This document shows positions 57,299 through 64,000 of a stretch of 64,000 nt of DNA, piece by piece. The notes under the pieces were generated by a model. It ran no database searches and was not told where the DNA came from. It saw only the letters and a program-made list of their open reading frames with translations. Source of the stretch: Candidatus Nanohalarchaeota archaeon (GTDB lineage Archaea > Nanohalarchaeota > Nanosalinia > Nanosalinales > Nanosalinaceae); contig JALDAJ010000001.1 in the NCBI GenBank assembly GCA_022729235.1, forward strand, positions 384,001 through 448,000. Direction: 5' to 3'. The stretch's first letter is position 1, and each line of letters begins with the position of its first letter. The position numbers were made by a program, and so were the translations under genes.

Positions 57299-58711
57299 TC
57301 AGGCGCTGTGTATCGACTCGTCCTTCGCATCCTCGCACGCCTCCTGGAAAGCTTCTGGAAAAGTCGGATGTGCGTGAATAGTGTTGATTATGTCATCGAG
57401 GTAGGCCTGCATCTCGAGAGCTAGTGTTGCCTCTGCGATTATATCTGAGGCACGGGGACCCACTATCTGCGTGCCGAGTAATTTTTCATCAGTTGATGCT
57501 ACTACACGTACGAACCCGGAGTCCTGGTTCGTTGTTAGTGCACGCCCTGAAGAAGAGAACGGGAATTTACCTGTCTTTATTTCGCTGAACTCTTCCTTTG
57601 CTTCTTCAGGGGTCATTCCTACCACCGCGATTTCTGGATCGGTGTAAATTACCTTTGGGATATAATGGTTGTCAAATGCTGCAGGCTCTCCTGCTATGAC
57701 TTCCGCCGCGACTTTACCTTCCCGGTACGCCTTGTGCGCCAGGAGAGGTTGTCCTGCACAGTCCCCAATCGCGTATATCCCGGGGTCAGAGGTCTCCATA
57801 GTCTCGTCTACTTCTACAAATCCCTTTTCATCTACCTCTACAGATGTGTTTTCTATATCGAGTTCTTCAAGCACGGGGTTGGGAGTTCTTCCTACCGCCA
57901 CCAGGACATAGTCTCCTTCAACTTCTATCTCTTCCCCGTCCTGTTCTGCGACCACTACAGCTTTTTCATTGCCATCTCTCAGTTCTTTCGCCTCCGCGTT
58001 CGTGTAGATTTCGTCCCCGTAGCAGGGAGATACTTCCCTTATCTCTTCCACGAGCGCCTCGTCGAAGTTAGGTAACACGCGTTCATGGGCTTCAAGTACT
58101 TTGACTGTTGATCCGAACTTGCAGAACTTTGTCACTGCCTCAAGACCTATGTAACCGCCGCCTATTACCACGAGTTCTTCCGGTACTTCATCCAGTTCAA
58201 GCAGCTCGCGGGAACTGATTACTTTTTCATGGTCGAACTCGAAGCCTTCCAGTTCTACGGGTTTAGAGCCGGTGGCTATTATCGCGTTTTCAAACTCTAT
58301 GTTTACTGCATCGTGTTCCTCTTCCACTCTTAATGTATTTGAGTCCTGGAAATGGGCGGTACCCTGGATAAATTCCACGCCATGCTGTTCCAGTAGCTGT
58401 TCGATACCGTGTGTTAATTTGGTCCGAGCCTCGCTTTTCCACTCCTGTATCTCCTGGAAATCGATTTCCAGGTTGTCAGTATGTATCCCGATTTCTGCCC
58501 AGTGCTTGATATTTTCCTGGAAACCAGCCGCGTGTATCAATGCCTTAGCCGGAATACAGCCGTGGTTGAGACATACTCCTCCTACTTTTTCCTTATCCAC
58601 GAGAACAACATCGTTCCCCTTCTGAGCAGCTCTCAACGCGGCGGCGTAACCTCCCGGACCCGCACCTATAACGACTACATCAGCACCTGTCGCGATATCA
58701 CCTACGACAAT
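57299..58711 (-). CDS. lpdA: Dihydrolipoamide dehydrogenase (E3), apparent ATT start
   Basis: (M)VVGDIATGADVVVIGAGPGGYAAA, GGVCLNHGCIP, HAHPT..E. Confidence 0.93.
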   Translation of the reverse strand: MVVGDIATGADVVVIGAGPGGYAAALRAAQKGNDVVLVDKEKVGGVCLNHGCIPAKALIHAAGFQENIKHWAEIGIHTDNLEIDFQEIQEWKSEARTKLTHGIEQLLEQHGVEFIQGTAHFQDSNTLRVEEEHDAVNIEFENAIIATGSKPVELEGFEFDHEKVISSRELLELDEVPEELVVIGGGYIGLEAVTKFCKFGSTVKVLEAHERVLPNFDEALVEEIREVSPCYGDEIYTNAEAKELRDGNEKAVVVAEQDGEEIEVEGDYVLVAVGRTPNPVLEELDIENTSVEVDEKGFVEVDETMETSDPGIYAIGDCAGQPLLAHKAYREGKVAAEVIAGEPAAFDNHYIPKVIYTDPEIAVVGMTPEEAKEEFSEIKTGKFPFSSSGRALTTNQDSGFVRVVASTDEKLLGTQIVGPRASDIIAEATLALEMQAYLDDIINTIHAHPTFPEAFQEACEDAKDESIHSA

Positions 58712-58721
58712 AATTCATCAC

Positions 58722-60203
58722 CTATATCTCCATCAGGAGTTCCCCGGGATCTTCGAGGTTTTCCACTACCGTGTTCATGAACCGTGCCGCGGTCGCTCCG
58801 TCGATTACGCGGTGGTCGTAGCTGAGCGATAGTTTTACAGTGTGTCTCGGGACTATTTCTCCGTCTACCACTTCCGCGGTCTCCGATATCTTGCCGATGC
58901 CGAGTATCGCAACCTGCGGAGGATTTATGATGGGTGTGAATGCGTCTCCTCCGATAACCCCGAGGTTTGTGATGGAGAACGTGCCGCCCTCCATCTCGTC
59001 TTTTGATATCTCGCCTTCGAGAGTCTTATCCACTTTCTCTCCTATACTCTGGGCAAGCTCCACTATAGTTCTATCATCGATACTATCTATTACCGGTATT
59101 CTCAGACCTCTCTCCGTGTCAACCGCTATATTGAAGTCGTAGTACTTCTTTCTCACAACCTCCTCGCTCTCCTCGTCGAGCTCAGCGTTCAGGTCGGGGT
59201 AATCCTTCAGTCCTACGAGAACAGCTTTCATTATGAAAGGCAGATAGGTAAGGTGTACATCGACTTCATCTTTCTTGTCCTCCCGTAGTTCCACGAGTTC
59301 AGTGATATCTACCTTCTCGATATGGGTTACGTGAGGAGCGGTGAATCGTGATTCCTCCATCTTCTCCGCAACGACTTTGTTCGATGGCGACATCTCCACC
59401 CGCTCGACCTCACCCCTCTCGGTGCTGGTGGTTTCGCCTTTCTCTTCATCTACGGACTTGGATGAGCCTCCAGATGCAGCTTCGAGGACATCTTCTCTAG
59501 TTATCTTTCCTCCTCTACCGCTTCCTTTAACTCCGGTCAGGTCGATACTTTTCTCCCGGGCGAGTTTTCTGACCGCAGGGGTTGCCTTGACATCCACGTT
59601 CGCCGGGGTCTCGGAAGTATCTCCTGTTCCAGTATCCTGTTCCGGCGAGGAGTCTTTCCTATCTTTTTCCGCATCTTTCGCGACCGTCTTATCTCCTGCC
59701 TCGGCATTAACGTCGTCTTCTGTTATTCTACCTCCTGGTCCGCTGCCGTTCACCCTGTCGAGGTCGACATTTTTCTCTTCCGCCAGTTTCCTCACCTTGG
59801 GAAGCGCCAAAACATCCCCGGAAGAGCTAGTGTTAGTATCATTTTCCGCATCAACCTCTTCTTCCCCTTCAACTTCGCTTTCTTTCTCTTCTTGCTGTTC
59901 TTCTCCAGCACTATCTCCGTCCCCTTCTACTTCCTCGTCGCCAGTACTCTCCGCATTATCACTTCCGCCACCGGCATCCATCACCATGATGACTTCCCCT
60001 ACGTCCACAGTGTCGCCCGGCTCTGCTCTCAGTTCTTTTATCGTCCCGTCTGCAGGCGCAGGAACATCCACAACTGCCTTGTCGGTCTCGACCTCTGCGA
60101 CGGTCTGGTCTTCCTCAACTTCTTCTCCCTCCTCTACCAGCCATTCTAGAAAGGTTCCTTCCGTGACTCCTTCTCCCGTGTCAGGTAGCTTGAACTTAAG
60201 CAT
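58722..60203 (-). CDS. pdhC: Dihydrolipoamide acyltransferase (E2)
   Basis: Lipoyl ETDKA, two PSBD repeats, catalytic DHRVIDG. Confidence 0.95.
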   Translation of the reverse strand: MLKFKLPDTGEGVTEGTFLEWLVEEGEEVEEDQTVAEVETDKAVVDVPAPADGTIKELRAEPGDTVDVGEVIMVMDAGGGSDNAESTGDEEVEGDGDSAGEEQQEEKESEVEGEEEVDAENDTNTSSSGDVLALPKVRKLAEEKNVDLDRVNGSGPGGRITEDDVNAEAGDKTVAKDAEKDRKDSSPEQDTGTGDTSETPANVDVKATPAVRKLAREKSIDLTGVKGSGRGGKITREDVLEAASGGSSKSVDEEKGETTSTERGEVERVEMSPSNKVVAEKMEESRFTAPHVTHIEKVDITELVELREDKKDEVDVHLTYLPFIMKAVLVGLKDYPDLNAELDEESEEVVRKKYYDFNIAVDTERGLRIPVIDSIDDRTIVELAQSIGEKVDKTLEGEISKDEMEGGTFSITNLGVIGGDAFTPIINPPQVAILGIGKISETAEVVDGEIVPRHTVKLSLSYDHRVIDGATAARFMNTVVENLEDPGELLMEI

Positions 60204-60374
60204 ATCTACCGCCTATCGAGCTCACTGAGACTGTAGGAATATTTTATACCTGTATCTGACATACTCTTAGTTTTCCCTTCCTCTCCTAATTAAACTACCT
60301 CATATACTGTTGAGTAAAGACGGTTCACTATCTCTGCCACCACAACTAAAAATTTCGTAGTGCGAAGTTAAGAT

Positions 60375-61073
60375 ATGCCGGGGGAAAAAGTGTTAGTCGA
60401 ACGGGAATATCCTCTCATGGTTCTCCGCAAATATCGGCTTGATGAGCCTTTATCTACGGATTCAACTCGTGAAGAGTTAGAGCATCTTATAGCTGAGCAA
60501 GGTGATGGTAAAAGTCATACATGGGGGTATTTCCCGGAAATGAATCCTGATAAGGACAAGTACCCTGAATGTATTGATTTAGCCAAACAAATCGAGGAGG
60601 AAGTTCTGATGCCGCACAGTTTGAGTGATTCAATGAACTTACAGTTGGCATTTGTCCGTCTCGCCACAGATGAGCCGGAATCAGACTTTGGAGGTATGCA
60701 CATTGACGTGAATAGGGGTATCGGACATGAATGGCCGGACGCTATCGATTGGCAGAATCACCATATTATACGCACCTTGTTTAACGTCGGTGAATCTCCT
60801 CGCAACCTTGAGTTTGCTGATGTAACTGTCAAAGAACTACGGGAAGCGTACAATCAGGATGTGGCGCGTGACAAGTATGAACCGCTCGACCTCCCGGATA
60901 AAATACCAACACAGACGGTGGCAATCCCTCCTCTTGAACCTGATGCCATTCACTGTGTAGTGTTCATATCAAGTCTAATCCCGCATGCAGGCCGAACAAG
61001 CGGTTCAGGACATTTCCTAGTAAGTCATGGAGGCTACATATTGAACGAAAAAGTACCTACAGTTTTCCAGTAA
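60375..61073 (+). CDS. Hypothetical protein, possible Fe(II)/2OG-dioxygenase-like fold
   Basis: GGMHID (HxD) and a distal IPHAG His; opposite strand inside the pdh cluster. Confidence 0.55.
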   Translation: MPGEKVLVEREYPLMVLRKYRLDEPLSTDSTREELEHLIAEQGDGKSHTWGYFPEMNPDKDKYPECIDLAKQIEEEVLMPHSLSDSMNLQLAFVRLATDEPESDFGGMHIDVNRGIGHEWPDAIDWQNHHIIRTLFNVGESPRNLEFADVTVKELREAYNQDVARDKYEPLDLPDKIPTQTVAIPPLEPDAIHCVVFISSLIPHAGRTSGSGHFLVSHGGYILNEKVPTVFQ

Positions 61074-61081
61074 TAACCTAT

Positions 61082-62047
61082 TCAGAACTTCAGGACGCTC
61101 TCAAGCCCGTTTACAGCTCTTTCGACGTTGGGCATGTAGTAGTCCTCAAGGGTGTAGAGCGGGTAAGGTACGTCCGGTGCGGTGACTCTTTCTACTGGCG
61201 CCTCCATCTTCAGTATGCTTTCCTCCTGGATGCGTGAAGCGATTTCTGCACCGAAACCTCCAGATTTCGGTGCCTCGTGGAGCACCATCGCTCTACCGGT
61301 TTTCTCCACGGATTCCGTAACTGTCTCGAAGTCGGTCGGGTAGATAGTCCTGAGGTCTATTATCTCAACGCTCGCATCTACTTCTTCCACGGCTTCTTCC
61401 GCGACAGGCACCATGGCTCCCCACGCGACCAGCGTCACGTCGTCACCTTCCTTCGCAACCCGGGCTTTCTCGAGTTCTACTTCTTTCTCCCTGTCGACTT
61501 CTTCCTTAAACGCCCTGTACGTTTTCTTCGGCTCAAGGAACACGACCGGGTCATCAAGCTGGATGGATTTTCTCAGCAGCGAGTAAGTGTCCTGCGGTGT
61601 ACTTGGTATAACGACGTGAAGCCCTTGCGAATGCGCGTAGAATGTTTCCGGGCTTTCCTGGTGGTGTTCCAGAGCGTTTATACCCCCGCCGTAAGGCGCC
61701 CTGACTGTTAACGGTGCTGTGTAGTCACCACGACTCCTTATCCTCATACGTGATGCGTGCTCCTTAATCTGGTAGAACGCCAGGTACGAGAACCCGGAAA
61801 ACTGCATCTCCACGACAGGTCGGAAGCCGTACATGCTCATTCCGATAGCGGTACCGGCGATACCGGACTCCGCGAGCGGTGAGGAAAAGCAACGTTTCTC
61901 TCCGAACTCTTCCTGTAACTCTTTCGTGGCGCGGAAAACCCCGCCGTCTTCTCCTACGTCCTCTCCGTACGCGATAACATTTTCATCCGCCTCCATCTCA
62001 TCGTGCAGCGCTGCGTTCACCGCTTCGATTATGTTCATTTTACTCAT
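61082..62047 (-). CDS. pdhB: 2-oxoacid (pyruvate) dehydrogenase E1 beta
   Basis: GEDVG..GGVFR, PLAESGI, EMQF, HHQESPE. Confidence 0.95.
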   Translation of the reverse strand: MSKMNIIEAVNAALHDEMEADENVIAYGEDVGEDGGVFRATKELQEEFGEKRCFSSPLAESGIAGTAIGMSMYGFRPVVEMQFSGFSYLAFYQIKEHASRMRIRSRGDYTAPLTVRAPYGGGINALEHHQESPETFYAHSQGLHVVIPSTPQDTYSLLRKSIQLDDPVVFLEPKKTYRAFKEEVDREKEVELEKARVAKEGDDVTLVAWGAMVPVAEEAVEEVDASVEIIDLRTIYPTDFETVTESVEKTGRAMVLHEAPKSGGFGAEIASRIQEESILKMEAPVERVTAPDVPYPLYTLEDYYMPNVERAVNGLESVLKF

Positions 62048-63095
62048 TTCCGACCACCTCTTCTCTCAGTTCTTCTTTTTCTTCTGCCAGTAGTTCCGGC
62101 ATCTCGCCGTAGACGTAGTCGAACAGTTCGTCGAACTCTGGGTCGTCCATCTCCAGTGCCTTGTTCGCCGCCTCGTCTATCTTCCCCTCAGCCTCTTCCT
62201 CGTAATCTTCCAGTTCATCGCTCCAGATACCTTTCTCTTCCAGGTATTCGCGGAAACGCTTGATTGGGTCGTTTTCCTTCCACTTCTCGACTTCTTCCTC
62301 GTCCCTGTAACGCGAGGAGTCGTCCGAGGTCGTGTGGTCCTCAAGCCTGTACGTCAGCGCCTCTACCAGTACAGGTTCGCCGTTTCGAGCCTTCTCCAGA
62401 GCCTCTCTCGTCGCTTTTATGACTGCCAAGATATCGTTTCCGTCTACCTGTAATCCTTCTATCCCGTACGCCAACGCTTTCTGTGCGATAGTTTCGGATT
62501 TAGTCTGTTTCTCCCTGGGCATGGATATGGCGTACTGGTTGTTCTGTACGAAGAAAACCGAGTGTGCTTCGTAGACTCCTGCGAAGTTCAATGCCTCGTG
62601 GAAGTCGCCCTCGCTGGTGCTTCCATCTCCTGTGAAGCCGATAACTGCGTTATCATCGTCCTTGAAGCTCATCGCCATCCCCAGTCCCGTGGTGTGCAGG
62701 TTCTGCGTCCCGACAGGTATCGCGACAGGTAAAGTATTGAGTTCGGCGAGACCTTTCTGGCCGTTGGCATCTCCCATCCATCTCTGGAATATCTTTTCCA
62801 GTGGCGCACCTCTCATTATGAAGGCTGCGGTCTCCCTGAAAGAGGGAACCATCCAGTCGTCGTCCTTGAGAGCGAACATGGCTCCGATCTGTGCTGCTTC
62901 CTGACCTTTATGAGGGGCATAAGTAGATATGTCGCCCCTGCGCTGGAGCGCGAACGCTTTCTCATCAAACTTCCGGGCGAGCACCATATTTTTGTAGAGC
63001 GTCTTGAGCGCTTCTTCATCCAGGTCGATGTCATCGCCTGCGTCCATTACCTCTACTTTCTCTATAGAACCGGTGTAAACTTCTTCCCGCGCCAT
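62040..63095 (-). CDS. pdhA: 2-oxoacid (pyruvate) dehydrogenase E1 alpha
   Basis: GQEA, GDGSTSEGDFHE...NNQYAIS TPP motif, YRL..HTTSDD. Confidence 0.95.
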   Translation of the reverse strand: MAREEVYTGSIEKVEVMDAGDDIDLDEEALKTLYKNMVLARKFDEKAFALQRRGDISTYAPHKGQEAAQIGAMFALKDDDWMVPSFRETAAFIMRGAPLEKIFQRWMGDANGQKGLAELNTLPVAIPVGTQNLHTTGLGMAMSFKDDDNAVIGFTGDGSTSEGDFHEALNFAGVYEAHSVFFVQNNQYAISMPREKQTKSETIAQKALAYGIEGLQVDGNDILAVIKATREALEKARNGEPVLVEALTYRLEDHTTSDDSSRYRDEEEVEKWKENDPIKRFREYLEEKGIWSDELEDYEEEAEGKIDEAANKALEMDDPEFDELFDYVYGEMPELLAEEKEELREEVVGNE

Positions 63096-63194
63096 TATGT
63101 TTTGTAGAACTTGACGCTCGAATAAAAAGGGTGGTTTGCCACCGTCCAGTGGTCGGACCAACCTATTAATCCGAGAGAAAGGAAAACTTCCTAC

Positions 63195-64000
63195 ATGGAC
63201 CTCGAACCTCTTTTCTCACCCGAGAAAATAGCGGTGGTCGGCGCTTCCCGAGAGGAGGGAAAGACCGGTCACGAGGTTTTTGAGAACCTTCATCACGGTT
63301 TTGAAGGAGAAGTCGTCCCTGTCAACCCGAACGCAGAAACGGTTGAGGGGGAGGAGGCGCTCGATGAAGTACCGGAAGGGACTGATCTCGCTGTTGTAGT
63401 TGTTCCATCTAAAATAGTTCCGGACGTTCTCAGGGATGCCGGCGAGAAAGGAGTTGATGCTGCAATCGTTATCTCCGCAGGATTCTCGGAGACAGGTAAC
63501 GGTGAGCTGGAGGATGAGGTAAGAGGTATCGCAGAGCACGAGAACATAGCACTACTCGGACCGAACGTGCTAGGAATGATTAACACAGAGAACTCGATGA
63601 ACGCCTCTTTCGCCTCCAAGATGCCTGGGGAAGGCTCGATAAGTTTCATGTCGCAGAGCGGGGCGTTCTGCACTGCCATACTTGACTACGCGAAGGCGGA
63701 GCACATCGGCTTCCGCCATTTTGTGTCACTGGGTAACAAGGCGATGCTTAACGAGGTCGACCTTCTGGAGTACTGGAAGGATGATGATACGGATACGATA
63801 ATAGGGTACACGGAAGGTATCGACAATGGACGGGAGTTCCTGGAGACCGCGAGAGAGGTTTCGAAGGAGAAGCCTATCGTCATGGTTAAGTCGGGTAGGA
63901 GCGATGAAGGAGGGAAGGCAGCTAGTTCTCATACAGGGAGCATCGCGGGGAGCTACGAGGCTTATAACGCCGCTTTTAGACAGGCTGGTATAATCGAGGC
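63195..64000 (+). CDS. acdA: Acetate-CoA ligase (ADP-forming) alpha subunit, 3'-truncated (absent from ORF track)
   Basis: MDLEPLFSPEKIAVVGAS...SAGFSETG...LLGPNVLG...SQSGA...SLGNKA; runs off the window end. Confidence 0.93.
   Translation, partial: MDLEPLFSPEKIAVVGASREEGKTGHEVFENLHHGFEGEVVPVNPNAETVEGEEALDEVPEGTDLAVVVVPSKIVPDVLRDAGEKGVDAAIVISAGFSETGNGELEDEVRGIAEHENIALLGPNVLGMINTENSMNASFASKMPGEGSISFMSQSGAFCTAILDYAKAEHIGFRHFVSLGNKAMLNEVDLLEYWKDDDTDTIIGYTEGIDNGREFLETAREVSKEKPIVMVKSGRSDEGGKAASSHTGSIAGSYEAYNAAFRQAGIIE

Noticed and set aside
59341-60228. 295-aa Ser-rich plus-strand ORF
   Set aside because: Antisense shadow of the acidic E2 gene (GAA/GAG codons read as Ser on the other strand). The same applies to most short Ser-rich ORFs in the track.
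63133-63159. Imperfect inverted repeat between pdhA and acdA
   Set aside because: Short and located between divergent TATA-like boxes. It could be chance or a factor-binding site, and there is no further support.

Overview
Archaeal chromosome segment from an extreme halophile. The very acidic proteome, compact genes and PDH plus ADP-forming acetyl-CoA synthetase point to a DPANN lineage such as Nanohaloarchaeota (inference). From left to right it contains: a surface-glycan cluster (intein-containing UDP-glucose dehydrogenase, GT2/GT4 glycosyltransferases); a replication origin with five ORB-like boxes ahead of a cdc6-DP1-DP2 operon (DP2 has two inteins); three paralogous unknown genes; dnaG; an intron-containing tRNA-Thr(CGU); a peptidase cluster; radA/RPA; two histones; a NikR-linked ZnuABC-type metal uptake system; intein-containing PolB; the pdh operon; and the start of acdA. 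Several elements are missing from the ORF track: a ~500-nt highly structured minus-strand RNA (50255-50746) enclosing an acidic non-AUG reading frame, an H/ACA guide RNA predicted to target 23S helix 69, a riboswitch-like pseudoknotted leader before a DUF5794-like membrane protein, a 35-aa truncated histone-fold gene beside the origin, and an apparent AUU start for lpdA. All RNA structures were paired by eye and have not been computed.
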